Shown here: in pieces, positions 26,836 to 36,621 of the stretch
Layout: each line of letters opens with the position of its first letter
Numbering within the stretch: position 1 is the first letter of the stretch
NCBI GenBank assembly: GCA_913048135.1
Contig: CAJWVY010000002.1
Span: 1-53,428 of the forward strand
From: an uncultured Verrucomicrobiales bacterium
Lineage (GTDB): Bacteria > Verrucomicrobiota > Verrucomicrobiia > Limisphaerales > UBA1100
Direction of reading: 5' to 3'
DNA: 53,428 nt
Notes under the pieces: model-generated
Told to the model about the DNA's origin: nothing
What the model saw: only the letters and a program-made list of their open reading frames with translations
The model's database searches: none
Position numbers and translations under genes: made by a program

Positions 26836-27741
26836 TTACAAGCCCGGCGCGGGCACGGTTTCACCAGTACCCACCGGCAGGCCATTTTCCGGGTTCACTG
26901 CTGGCCCCAGCCCGGAGGTGGGAGGTAGTGGCAAGGATGGCGGAATGGCTCCCGGGAAATCCACGCCCGTTGGCAGGGCCGCGGCGGGCAACTTGAGCTT
27001 TTGCCCGATCCGAATCAGATCCGTGCTCAAGCCGTTCAACGCTTTGAGTTCCGCAATCTTCACCTTATGCTGGAGGGCAATGTGACCCAGCGTGTCACCG
27101 GATTTCACCGTGTACGTGCTGCCATCATCCACCACTGGAGCCACGGTGGGCGCCGGAGCGGTCACCGGCGCTGGCGCTGGGATATTAATTTTTTGACCGA
27201 TTTTCATCCGAGTCGGCACCACGCTCGGGTTCGCCTGTTCAATCTGCTTAGCGCTCACGCCAAATTTGCGGCCAATGGTCCAAAAGTTGTCCCCGCTGGC
27301 GATTACGTATTCGGTGCCACCAACAGCCTGAGTCGACAGAGCCGGACTGGGAATAGACGGAGCAGGAGCCACCGGCAAAGGAACCGCCGGCGTGGTGGGC
27401 AAGGGTACGGGCGGCACGCCTGCACTGCCTTCAGTGGGCAAAGGCGGCAATATGGAACCCGCATTCGGGAGGGCCGGCAAGGTCGGCAATGGATCCGAGG
27501 TCATCGGCTCCGGCAAGGGCGCCGGTTCGGGCTGCCGGTTCACGATGCCCGCCATTTCCTTCTCGGTTTCCTTTTGAGTTTCGCCCTCGTCCTTTTGTTT
27601 ACAGGCATTAAATAAAATACCGGCAAACAACGCCATGTGCATGAGCACCACCACGACCACGGCCATTCGCATATTGGAACGTCCGCGCCGAGCCCCATCA
27701 AACTGGGCACCCGGTGGAATTATTGGATTACTACCTTTCAT
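26836..27741 (-). CDS. Membrane-anchored proline-rich protein with two LysM peptidoglycan-binding domains
   Basis: The ATG at 27741 is preceded by AAGGAGG. TM helix MRMAVVVVVLMHMALFAGILF. A long P-rich linker. LysM 1 is YVIASGDNFWTIGRKFGVSAKQIEQANP...IGQKINIP. LysM 2 is YTVKSGDTLGHIALQHKVKIAELKALNGL...IGQKLKLP. Confidence 0.8.
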   Translation of the reverse strand: MKGSNPIIPPGAQFDGARRGRSNMRMAVVVVVLMHMALFAGILFNACKQKDEGETQKETEKEMAGIVNRQPEPAPLPEPMTSDPLPTLPALPNAGSILPPLPTEGSAGVPPVPLPTTPAVPLPVAPAPSIPSPALSTQAVGGTEYVIASGDNFWTIGRKFGVSAKQIEQANPSVVPTRMKIGQKINIPAPAPVTAPAPTVAPVVDDGSTYTVKSGDTLGHIALQHKVKIAELKALNGLSTDLIRIGQKLKLPAAALPTGVDFPGAIPPSLPLPPTSGLGPAVNPENGLPVGTGETVPAPGL

Positions 27742-27921
27742 TGCCACACCCTCCTTTGTTGTGTGAAACCCTTTCGAGCTTCCTCCTTTATGTGGCGCCC
27801 AACAAGGCGACACGCATTGATAATGGTGCAGTGGGAACGCGTAAAACCGAATGTGCTAAACTTGCCAACAACATGTGAATATCACACACGCTGTCTTGGT
27901 TGCCCCAAGGATCTTTGGCGA

Positions 27922-29304
27922 TCAATCGCCTTGCCTCGACTCCACCCATTCCGTCACGGCGGCTCGGAATTGGTTTCCTCGATGCTGGTAGCTGTCGAAC
28001 ATGTCAAAACTGGCGCAAGCCGGCGACAGCAACACGACATCTCCCGGGGCAGCATTCCTCCCTGCTTCAGCTACGGCTTCTATCAAATCCGCCGCCAAAT
28101 TGCAAGGCGCAAAAGGGCTCCAGGCAGACTGAATTTCTGCAGCCGAAGCTCCGATCAACCAAGCCCCCTTGACCCGTTCCCCCACCGCTGAAGCCGCCGC
28201 CTGATAATCCATCCCCTTGCCTTGCCCTCCGGCAATGAGCCAAACATTCCGGACTGCCTGCTCCGCCGGCGGCATCGATCGCAGCGCGCTAACCAGCGCA
28301 TGCACATTGGTAGCTTTGGAGTCGTTGTAAAACCGCACACCCTCCCACTCCGCCACGAGCTCACAACGGTGCTCGCCGGTTCGGAGCGTTTGCAGCACCG
28401 GCACCATCTCCGCCGGTAATAATTTCATCGCGCGCCCCACCAGCCACGCGGCCATGAGGTTTTCGGCATTATGCGTTCCTTCCAGCGCGCATTCGGCCAA
28501 ATCCAGCACGGGGCCTTCCACCCCCGGCAATCGACTGATGACCCGATTGTTGTCCACGTACACATCCGCGGAATTGTTGCGAACGCTGAAGGTGACGACC
28601 TTCCCCGGTATCATCACATTCAGTGCTTGCAGTTGTTCCCAGGCCTCGAATTGGATGATTGCCCAGTCGAAGGGTTTTTGATTTTCGAAGAGACGCGCCT
28701 TGGCGCGAACATAGTTCTCCATCGACCCATGACGATCCAAATGGTCCTCCGCCAAATTCAACAGCACGGCCACGCTCGCTCGAAAGGCATCGATTGTTTC
28801 CAACTGAAACGAACTCACCTCCAGCACCACGGCATCCAGCTTGCGCGTTTGCGGCAACACCTCGCATAACGGCCGGCCGATATTTCCGGCGGACATCACC
28901 TCGCGTCTCGTCTCGGCCAGCAGCTGCGTCACCCATTCTGTCGTGGTCGTCTTTCCATTGGTTCCGGTAATCGCAATGGCCGGACACTGCGACGCGCTCC
29001 AGCCCAGCTCCAGCTCGCCCCATACCGGCACGCCGCGGGCGCGCAAGCTGGCCACCTGCGGTTGATCCAATGGCACGCCCGGACTCACCACGGCCAAGTC
29101 AAACCGATCGGCCATTACTGCCCGTTCCCCCAAGCGGCAATCAATCTCCTCCGGCAATTGGGCCGCCCATTGCTGAAGTTCCGGTGTGGCGCGGCCATCC
29201 ACGGCGGTCACCTTGGCTCCGGTGGTTTGCAGCCATTCCACCGCGGCTTTTCCGCTTCGCCCGAGCCCCAACACGCACACCGCCTTGTCCGGCCCGGGTT
29301 TCAT
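27922..29304 (-). CDS. murD: UDP-N-acetylmuramoylalanine--D-glutamate ligase MurD
   Basis: VLGLGRSGKAA, ITGTNGKTTTTE, dcw position. Confidence 0.9.
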   Translation of the reverse strand: MKPGPDKAVCVLGLGRSGKAAVEWLQTTGAKVTAVDGRATPELQQWAAQLPEEIDCRLGERAVMADRFDLAVVSPGVPLDQPQVASLRARGVPVWGELELGWSASQCPAIAITGTNGKTTTTEWVTQLLAETRREVMSAGNIGRPLCEVLPQTRKLDAVVLEVSSFQLETIDAFRASVAVLLNLAEDHLDRHGSMENYVRAKARLFENQKPFDWAIIQFEAWEQLQALNVMIPGKVVTFSVRNNSADVYVDNNRVISRLPGVEGPVLDLAECALEGTHNAENLMAAWLVGRAMKLLPAEMVPVLQTLRTGEHRCELVAEWEGVRFYNDSKATNVHALVSALRSMPPAEQAVRNVWLIAGGQGKGMDYQAAASAVGERVKGAWLIGASAAEIQSAWSPFAPCNLAADLIEAVAEAGRNAAPGDVVLLSPACASFDMFDSYQHRGNQFRAAVTEWVESRQGD

Positions 29305-29305
29305 C

Positions 29306-30484
29306 CTAGCGCAGTTTCAGGGTCGCCAAGGCCAGTACGGCAAACAGAATGCTCAGAATGTAGAAACGCATCACCACTTGGTTTTCGTGCCAGCCCTTTT
29401 TCTGAAAATGATGGTGTAATGGCGCCATGAGAAAAATACGCTGCCCCTCGCCCGTACGTAGGCGCGTCCATTTAAACCATCCCCGTTGCAACATCACGCT
29501 GAGCGCTTCCAGCACAAACACACCGCCGGCAATCACCAACACAAAAGGTTGATGGATCAGCACGGCCATGATGCCCAGCGAGCCTCCCAACGCCAGCGAG
29601 CCCGTATCGCCCATGAACACCTTGGCCGGATGGCAGTTGAACCACAGAAAGCCCAGGCCCGCACCGATCATGGCCGCACAAATGACCGACAACTCCACTG
29701 CCCCACGCACATGGGGCACATACAACTCGCGAGCAATCTCCGCGTTACCGGCAATGTAGGTGAAAATGTAAAACACAAAGGAAACGATCAGCGTGCAGCC
29801 AATCGCCAACCCATCCAGACCATCGGTCAGGTTCACGGCGTTCGAGCTCCCAACAATGGCGGAGACGGTGATGAACAACCCCACCACGGCTGCCACCGAC
29901 CACACCATGGTGTGGGATGGACCTTCCAGAACTGGATCCTTGAAAAACGGCACCATCACCGCCGTGATTAGTTCCCGCGTGTCATCCAACCTCCACAGGT
30001 ACACGGCAATGAAAACCGCGAGAAAAACCTGCCCGACCAGCTTGACGCCCTCCGACAATCCCGCCTCACGGCTTTGCTGCGTTACTTTCGAGTAGTCATC
30101 ATAAAAACCCAACAAACACAGCGCCAGCATGGACAGTAGCGTAAGCGTTACCAGCGGGTTCCATTGCGCCCACATCAGAGCCGATAGATCAATCGCCGCC
30201 ACAATCAGCAACCCGCCCATGGTCGGCACATTTTTTTTGCTGACCCCGTCGGACATTCCGCCGCCTTCGCGTGCCATGTCCTCGTACTCCTGATTCGCCA
30301 GATACTGCAGCCAACGAATCACGCGCGGCCCCAGCCACCAGCAAAGCAGCAGTGCCGTCACCGCCGCCCCGGCACTGCGAAAGGTGGAGTACTGAAAGAC
30401 GTTCAGCGGCGAGAGCCAATCCCCCCATTGACTGTGCCCATTGTGCATCAGCCATTCCGGCAGTTGACTCAAATAATAAAACAT
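29306..30484 (-). CDS. mraY: Phospho-N-acetylmuramoyl-pentapeptide transferase MraY
   Basis: The ATG at 30484 (MFYYLSQL...) avoids overlap with murF. KKNVPTMGG, NAVNLTDGLDGLA, HHHFQKKGW. Confidence 0.9.
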   Translation of the reverse strand: MFYYLSQLPEWLMHNGHSQWGDWLSPLNVFQYSTFRSAGAAVTALLLCWWLGPRVIRWLQYLANQEYEDMAREGGGMSDGVSKKNVPTMGGLLIVAAIDLSALMWAQWNPLVTLTLLSMLALCLLGFYDDYSKVTQQSREAGLSEGVKLVGQVFLAVFIAVYLWRLDDTRELITAVMVPFFKDPVLEGPSHTMVWSVAAVVGLFITVSAIVGSSNAVNLTDGLDGLAIGCTLIVSFVFYIFTYIAGNAEIARELYVPHVRGAVELSVICAAMIGAGLGFLWFNCHPAKVFMGDTGSLALGGSLGIMAVLIHQPFVLVIAGGVFVLEALSVMLQRGWFKWTRLRTGEGQRIFLMAPLHHHFQKKGWHENQVVMRFYILSILFAVLALATLKLR

Positions 30485-30507
30485 CCTCCCAACCCGTTCT
30501 TGGCGGG

Positions 30508-31860
30508 CTAAAATAAATCCAAAATCTGCTCCAGCTTCGCTGCTCGCGAAGCCTTCAATAACACCACATCCCTCGGCTGCACCCAATCGCGCAGCACATC
30601 CACAGCACTTCGAACATCGGGGACGGATTCCACCGCCTTCAACCCAGCAGCCCGAGCGGCTTCAGCGGTGACATCGGCCCATCGGCCAATGGCAACCAAA
30701 CCCGCCGCCGCTGAGGCCGTCAATGCACCGGCCTCGCGGTGCGCATCCTCAGCGTGCTCACCCAGCTCAGCCATTTCGCCCAAAACCACAAACCGCCGGC
30801 CGGCCGTTTCCAATGCCGCCAGTGTTTCCAGCGAGGCGCGGACTGAATCCGCATTAGCGTTGTAAGCGTCGTTCAACCAACGCACCCCACCGCTCTCGGC
30901 CCATTGCAAACGCTGCTTCGGTTGCGGACTGGCCGCGAGTCCTTGTGCCAAGGCCTCCCGGCCCATGCCCAGCGCGGCACCGGCCGCCAGCGCCAAAGCG
31001 GCATTGCCTGCCTGATGGCCGCCGATCAATGGAGTAAAATAATCTCCGCTCCACATGGACTCAGCAGCCCGAATTGAAAAGTGCGTTCCGCCCTGTTCAA
31101 CCCGCGTAGTTTCCACCTGCCAATCATTGGCCGCCCCAAAGCCCACGCGGATAACGTCAGCCTGGGTGCGTTGGCAGATTGGCTTAACCCAATCTCCATC
31201 ACCATACAGGAAAAGTTTTCCACGAGGCGGCAACAACTCCGCCAGCATCCCCTCCTCTTGAGCCACGCCCTCCAGATCGCCAAAAAATTCCAAATGCTCG
31301 CGGCCAATCCCCGTGAGCACTCCATAATCCGGAGTCGCCATTTGCACCAAGGGTGCCAACTCGCCGGGATGATTGGTACCCAACTCCACCACGGCCGCCT
31401 CATGCTCCGGCCCAAGCTGTAGCAAGGTCGCCGGCACGCCCACGTCGTTGTTAAAACTTGCCTCACTGCGGAGCACATTACGTTCGACGCCCAGCACGGA
31501 GGCCAGCATATCCTTAGTGGAAGTTTTGCCATTGGAACCGGCCACCCCAAACACAGGGCAATCAAACTCCCGCCGATGCGCGGCCGCCAACTGACCATAC
31601 GCCACGCGGGCATCGGCCACGCGCAACACTGGCGCGGCATCCACCGGCTCATCCACCACCGCCGCCACCGCCCCGGCTTTCAACGCCGCCGCCGCAAAGG
31701 CGTTTCCATTGAACCGCTCGCCACGCAGCGCAACGAATAGATCGCCCGGCCGCACGGCGCGGGTATCGGTGCAAACCCGCTGATAAACCTGATCCGGGTT
31801 CACGCCCACGTTTTTTCCGGGACACGCCTCAAGCAAAAATCGCAATGGCCGCTCCATCAC
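30508..31860 (-). CDS. murF: UDP-N-acetylmuramoyl-tripeptide--D-alanyl-D-alanine ligase MurF
   Basis: GVAGSNGKTSTKDM, Mur ligase middle and C-terminal domains, dcw position. Confidence 0.9.
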   Translation of the reverse strand: MMERPLRFLLEACPGKNVGVNPDQVYQRVCTDTRAVRPGDLFVALRGERFNGNAFAAAALKAGAVAAVVDEPVDAAPVLRVADARVAYGQLAAAHRREFDCPVFGVAGSNGKTSTKDMLASVLGVERNVLRSEASFNNDVGVPATLLQLGPEHEAAVVELGTNHPGELAPLVQMATPDYGVLTGIGREHLEFFGDLEGVAQEEGMLAELLPPRGKLFLYGDGDWVKPICQRTQADVIRVGFGAANDWQVETTRVEQGGTHFSIRAAESMWSGDYFTPLIGGHQAGNAALALAAGAALGMGREALAQGLAASPQPKQRLQWAESGGVRWLNDAYNANADSVRASLETLAALETAGRRFVVLGEMAELGEHAEDAHREAGALTASAAAGLVAIGRWADVTAEAARAAGLKAVESVPDVRSAVDVLRDWVQPRDVVLLKASRAAKLEQILDLF

Positions 31861-33305
31861 CGCGCCTCCTTCAATGTTGCCAAAATGGAGCGGGCCATGG
31901 CGCGGTCATCGAACGGTTGCACGAGATCGTTAATCTCCTGATAAGTCTCATGCCCTTTACCGGCAAGCAACACGGTGTCACCCGAGATCGCCGCTCGCAG
32001 TATTTCGTCAAATGCGCGTTCCCGATCCAATTCGATCTGCCAATCGGCGCCCGCCGCCGAGGCACAACCCTCGGCGATTTGCTCGGCAATGGTGGCGGGA
32101 TCTTCGCGGCGCGGATTGTCCGTGGTAATCATCACCGCATCGGCCACCGTCGCGGCCACCGCGCCCATCTTTTGGCGTTTCCCCGCATCCCGATTGCCGC
32201 CGCACCCAAAAACCACCCGCAATTGGCCCGGGGTAATTTCGCGCAATGTCGAAAGCACCTGACGCAGGGCATCATCCGTGTGCGCATAATCGACATACAC
32301 TGCAAACGGCTGGCCTTCCACTATCGGCTCCAGCCGGCCGGGCACAGGCGTTGCCGACGCCAAGGGTTTTACGCAATCTTCCAGAGTCACGCCCAATGCG
32401 CGGACCATACCCAAGGCCAAAGCGGCATTGGCGACGTTATGGCGGCCGATCAAAGGCATGCTGAATTCAACTCCATCCACGCGAAAAAGAGACTGCGCTT
32501 GTGCCAGTTTTACAATCTCAATGAAAAGATCGGCCGTTGGTGTATCGCCCACGGTTTGGGCCGCAAACTCATCAGCCAAGCGCTGGCCGTACGGATCCGC
32601 TGAATTCACCACGGCGTTGCCGGAATTGTGATCAGTAAACAACCGGCGCTTGGCCGCGAAGTATTGCTCCATGTCACCGTGATAATCGAGGTGATCCTGC
32701 GTCAGGTTGGTGAAACCGCCGACCGAAAAATCCAATCCGCGAACACGGTGTTGCAGTAGCGCGTGGGAACTCACCTCCATGACGGCCATTCCGCATCCGG
32801 CATCACGCATGGCCGCCAAGTACGCCTGCAGCTCAAGCGATTCGGGCGTGGTTCGCGAGGCCGGCACAACGCGCTCGCCCAAATCGTATTCCACGGTGCC
32901 TATCATGCCGCAGCGATTCCCGGCCGCTGCCAATAGATGGCGCAGTAGGAAGGCCACGGATGTCTTTCCATTGGTGCCCGTGACTCCCAGTAGTTTCAGC
33001 TGACGTGCCGGCTGGCCGTAAAATGCCGCCGCCAAATCGGCCATTGCCGCGCGGGAATCGGGCACGCGCAACAGAGCACACGATTCAGGCAAATCCAGCG
33101 GCTCCTCGGCCAACACGGCCACGGCCCCGCGTTGAGCGGCTTGGGCGGCGAATTTGTGTCCGTCCACCTTCGCCCCGCGCAGCGCGATAAAGAGGGAATC
33201 AGGCGCGACGCGGCGCGAGTCATATTCCAAAGCCTGGATAGAGTCGGGAAGTTTGCCGGGGGTTTGCACCTCCGGCAGGGTCTCCAACAGTGCCGCCAAT
33301 TTCAC
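31857..33305 (-). CDS. murE: UDP-N-acetylmuramoyl-L-alanyl-D-glutamate--2,6-diaminopimelate ligase MurE
   Basis: GVTGTNGKTS, DYAHTDDAL, TTDNPRRED. 4-nt overlap with murF. Confidence 0.9.
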   Translation of the reverse strand: MKLAALLETLPEVQTPGKLPDSIQALEYDSRRVAPDSLFIALRGAKVDGHKFAAQAAQRGAVAVLAEEPLDLPESCALLRVPDSRAAMADLAAAFYGQPARQLKLLGVTGTNGKTSVAFLLRHLLAAAGNRCGMIGTVEYDLGERVVPASRTTPESLELQAYLAAMRDAGCGMAVMEVSSHALLQHRVRGLDFSVGGFTNLTQDHLDYHGDMEQYFAAKRRLFTDHNSGNAVVNSADPYGQRLADEFAAQTVGDTPTADLFIEIVKLAQAQSLFRVDGVEFSMPLIGRHNVANAALALGMVRALGVTLEDCVKPLASATPVPGRLEPIVEGQPFAVYVDYAHTDDALRQVLSTLREITPGQLRVVFGCGGNRDAGKRQKMGAVAATVADAVMITTDNPRREDPATIAEQIAEGCASAAGADWQIELDRERAFDEILRAAISGDTVLLAGKGHETYQEINDLVQPFDDRAMARSILATLKEAR

Positions 33306-33308
33306 GGC

Positions 33309-35162
33309 TTACGGCCCTTCGTTGTTGGACACCATGGAGCCCTGCTCGACCAGATCCGGCTTGATGCCGAGGTAACTGGCCGAGCGCTCTGCGATCGCCT
33401 TGAAGATGGGCGCTGCAGTAAGGCCTCCGTAGTAATCCCCGGTCGGTTCATCGAGAGCCACGTATATACACAAGGCGGGCTTGTCGGCAGGAAAAAATCC
33501 CACGAACGACGAATAATATTTTCCGGGAATGTATCCGCCCCGTCCCGCTTTTTGCGCCGTGCCGGTTTTCCCGGCCACACTGTAGTACTCCAACGCCGCA
33601 CGTCGGGCCGTCCCGCCCGGCTCGACCACGGTCTTCAGGGCAATTGTCACGCGGCGGGCTGTTTCCGGAGACACCACCTGCCGCACGGCTTCCGGATGAT
33701 ATTGCACAACCATCCTGCCGGTTTCATCTTCCAACTGACGCAGCAGCATGGGCCGCATCAGTTTTCCGCTATTGGCAATGGCGCTGGCCATCATGACCAT
33801 TTGGATAGGAGTGGTGGCCACTTCATGGCCCATGGGTACGCGGGTGATGGAGAGTTTGTTCCAGCGTTTCAAGGGATGCACGGTGCCGGATACCTCGCCG
33901 GGTAGGCTCACGCGCGTACGTTCTCCAAAACCAAATCGCCGGATGTAATGATGCAAATGCCCTTCGCCCAATAGCATGGCCACCTTGGCCGAGCCGATAT
34001 TGGAGGATTTGGTGATGATCTCCATCACGCTCAACCGGTCATAAGGATGATGGTCCCGCAACGACCGGCCGCCATGATAAAAGATTCCGTTCTCGCAATC
34101 GAAGCGGCTCTGCAATGAAACGAGGCGTTCATTGAGGGCCCCGGCCACGGTCACGGCCTTGAAGGTGGAGCCGGGCTCCGCAGTGTCGGTTACAGCTCGG
34201 TTTCGGCGGTTGGCGGCAGGGAATTCACCGGGCCGGTTGGGATCGAAATCCGGCCGGTTAGCCATCGCCAATATTTCGCCGGTCGCAGGCCGCACCACCA
34301 CGGCGGTGACACCCTGCGGTTGATGACGTTCCATCGCCTGATCCAATTCGGCTTCCACGATGTGTTGCACGCCAAGGTCAATGGTAAGGCGGGCATTCAA
34401 TCCGTTACGGGCGGCGACGTCCTGATGGCGCAGGGAAACCACCTCACGCTTGCGCGAATCGGTTTCGGTTACGCGCCAACCACGCGTGCCAGTGAGGCGA
34501 GAATCCAACACGGCCTCGATGCCCTCCTTGCCGTCATGATCGGTGCCGCCCACAAAACCGAGCACATGGGAAGCCAACCGGTTGCCGGGGTAAACGCGAA
34601 GTTGATCCTCCTTGCGATCAGCAAAAATGGACCGGCGCACACTGGTCAGCATCTGGCGTTGTTTACGGGTGAGGCTGGATTCGTCCACTCCGAGATCGAG
34701 CGCCTTTAGGTCTGCCGAAATTTCCTCCCATTTTTCCCTCGGCACTTTCCGTTTGAGAACCACATAACGATTGGTGCGCATTTGGCCGGCACCGCCCTGA
34801 AATAATTGGGGTTCCAACTTGGAAGCAATCCAAGCTTGTTCCAATTCCAAATGTGGGGCCAAAGCGGCGGCCAGTTGTGGACCGTACGGACCGATCAATC
34901 CCGGATCGGCACAGATAGTTTTGACAAACAGACTTGTCGCCAGAAGGTTTCCGCGAGCATCTAGGATGTTTCCTCGGCGCGGTTCGCGAACAATGGTGCG
35001 CACCGTGTTGCCGCGGGCCGCGTCACTCAACTGCGCATGGCGAACTACTTGAAGATCCACCAGTCGATAGCCCAGCAGACTGAAGGACAAAAGCATGATG
35101 ACGCCAAAGCAGTAAAGCCACCGCTTGGCCGAGCGCTGCAGGCTCTTCCCGTTGTCTTCCAC
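33309..35162 (-). CDS. ftsI: Penicillin-binding protein 3-type transpeptidase FtsI
   Basis: N-terminal TM helix. The three transpeptidase motifs are present: STFK (PGSTFKAVT), SSN (KSSNIG), KTGT (GKTGTAQK). dcw position. Confidence 0.9.
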   Translation of the reverse strand: MEDNGKSLQRSAKRWLYCFGVIMLLSFSLLGYRLVDLQVVRHAQLSDAARGNTVRTIVREPRRGNILDARGNLLATSLFVKTICADPGLIGPYGPQLAAALAPHLELEQAWIASKLEPQLFQGGAGQMRTNRYVVLKRKVPREKWEEISADLKALDLGVDESSLTRKQRQMLTSVRRSIFADRKEDQLRVYPGNRLASHVLGFVGGTDHDGKEGIEAVLDSRLTGTRGWRVTETDSRKREVVSLRHQDVAARNGLNARLTIDLGVQHIVEAELDQAMERHQPQGVTAVVVRPATGEILAMANRPDFDPNRPGEFPAANRRNRAVTDTAEPGSTFKAVTVAGALNERLVSLQSRFDCENGIFYHGGRSLRDHHPYDRLSVMEIITKSSNIGSAKVAMLLGEGHLHHYIRRFGFGERTRVSLPGEVSGTVHPLKRWNKLSITRVPMGHEVATTPIQMVMMASAIANSGKLMRPMLLRQLEDETGRMVVQYHPEAVRQVVSPETARRVTIALKTVVEPGGTARRAALEYYSVAGKTGTAQKAGRGGYIPGKYYSSFVGFFPADKPALCIYVALDEPTGDYYGGLTAAPIFKAIAERSASYLGIKPDLVEQGSMVSNNEGP

Positions 35163-35184
35163 GTTTGCCTCCGGCTGGAGGAGG

Positions 35185-35550
35185 TTAGCGACTGGCCGTG
35201 CGGATGGGTTCCGTGCCGACCATTGGCGATTGCGGTGCGGGTTCCCGTTGTTCCTGCAGCACCACGATCTGTTCAGGGCGTGGCACCATCAAGTCCAAGT
35301 TCAGCTGCCGCAGGCGCGTGTCCAATTCCTGGGGTGACATCAGGTAAGCCAAATTATCGCCCCGGCGTTTGTTTTCACGCCGCAATTCCTCCAGCTTGAT
35401 TTCGTTCTCCTTGATCTGCTGTCCGAGGGAATTGATCTGCTGTTTCTGCCACACGTACCCCAAACCGAGGCCGCAGGTGACAACACATATCAATACCGCC
35501 TTGAGCGCAGGCCCAAACCGTACTGCCTTGTTCCCCTTTTTACGATTCAT
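35185..35550 (-). CDS. ftsL: FtsL-like cell-division protein (TM plus coiled coil)
   Basis: 121 aa. TM helix AVLICVVTCGLGLGYVW followed by a heptad-like region (INSLGQQIKENEIKLEELRREN). Positioned between rsmH and ftsI. Confidence 0.65.
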   Translation of the reverse strand: MNRKKGNKAVRFGPALKAVLICVVTCGLGLGYVWQKQQINSLGQQIKENEIKLEELRRENKRRGDNLAYLMSPQELDTRLRQLNLDLMVPRPEQIVVLQEQREPAPQSPMVGTEPIRTASR

Positions 35551-35563
35551 ATTTCCCCTTGGG

Positions 35564-36496
35564 TTAAACTTTCTCCAACACCCTCAACTGCGCACTGCGC
35601 GCCCGCGGATTCGCCTCCACTTCCGCATCGGCTGGCCGAATGGATTTCCTGCTCACCCAACGCATGCGTGGCTCACGGTCAACACGCAACATAGGTACAT
35701 CCACCTCACCCGGCACATCGTAATCACGGGCGTGTTCGTTACCGAACTCCTTCACCATCCGGTCCTCCAATGAGTGAAAGGTGATCACCGCCAACCGACC
35801 ACCCGGCTTAAGCAAACCAAACGCACCCTCCAAACCGCGCGTCAATTCACCCAACTCATCATTCACCGCAATGCGAATGGCCTGAAACACCTGTACAGCC
35901 GGATGTTTCTTGTGGCGTCCGCGCCGTTTCGCCCCGGCCACCACTTCCGCCAAATGGCCCGTCGTTTCCAAAGACGCCTCCGCACGCGCTTGGGCAATGG
36001 CCCGGGCTATCCGACGCGAATCACGGTCGCCTCCGTATTTCCAAATGATCGCGGCCAACTCTGCTTCCGGCCAGGTATTGATCACTTCCGCCGCCGTCAA
36101 GGCCTGCGCCTGATCCATCCGCATATCCAGCGGTCCATCAGTCTGCACGCTGAATCCGCGATTCGCGTGATCCAGTTGCGGCGAGCTAACGCCCAGGTCC
36201 AGCAACACCCCATCCAAGGTCCCCGCGGCAACCCAACCCGCCGCGTTGCTATAGGAATCGTTCGTGATCTCAACCCGATCCCCAAATGCTGCCAGACGGC
36301 TGGACGCCGCCGCGATCGCACTTTCGTCACGATCCGTTCCCCATAACTTTCCGTCAGGAGAACTCGCTTTCAAAATCATCTCTGCATGACCGCCGCCACC
36401 CAGCGTGCCATCGAGATACCGCCCACCGCTTGCGGGCCGGAGCGCCTCCATCACCTCCGCCGCCAGCACAGGCACGTGGTGAAAGGTCGCCTCCAT
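35564..36496 (-). CDS. rsmH: 16S rRNA (cytosine1402-N4)-methyltransferase RsmH (MraW)
   Basis: HVPVLAAEV, DGTLGGGGHAE, DLGVSSPQLD, ITFHSLEDR. Confidence 0.9.
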   Translation of the reverse strand: MEATFHHVPVLAAEVMEALRPASGGRYLDGTLGGGGHAEMILKASSPDGKLWGTDRDESAIAAASSRLAAFGDRVEITNDSYSNAAGWVAAGTLDGVLLDLGVSSPQLDHANRGFSVQTDGPLDMRMDQAQALTAAEVINTWPEAELAAIIWKYGGDRDSRRIARAIAQARAEASLETTGHLAEVVAGAKRRGRHKKHPAVQVFQAIRIAVNDELGELTRGLEGAFGLLKPGGRLAVITFHSLEDRMVKEFGNEHARDYDVPGEVDVPMLRVDREPRMRWVSRKSIRPADAEVEANPRARSAQLRVLEKV

Positions 36497-36524
36497 GCAA
36501 ACTCTTTAAAAAAGGGCCCGTGCC

Positions 36525-36547
36525 GGCCGGGGCTTTTCGCCCCGGCC
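36525..36547 (-). other. GC-rich stem-loop in the mraZ-rsmH spacer (possible attenuator or partial terminator)
   Basis: GGCCGGGGC (36525-36533), 5-nt loop, GCCCCGGCC (36539-36547). On the minus strand a T6 run (complement of 36508-36513) follows only after an 11-nt gap, so it is not a canonical terminator. Confidence 0.3.
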
Positions 36548-36621
36548 AACACGTTTCCCACCTCCTTGGCGTCTGCCGGAATGGCAGTCCAAATTCTCTA
36601 CCCGCCCTGCCGCGTTCAGCG

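Noticed and set aside
26769-26885. Extended N-termini given by the ORF track for ftsW (26885). The same applies to mraY (30586), murI (39846), tatD (45115), sucC (41143), recN (48057), gnd (11860), the MBL hydrolase (48096), the LysM gene (27813) and the TIM-barrel gene (50002).
   Set aside because: In each case an internal ATG reproduces the canonical family N-terminus and removes overlap with the neighbouring gene or with a terminator hairpin. The upstream extensions have shadow-like composition.
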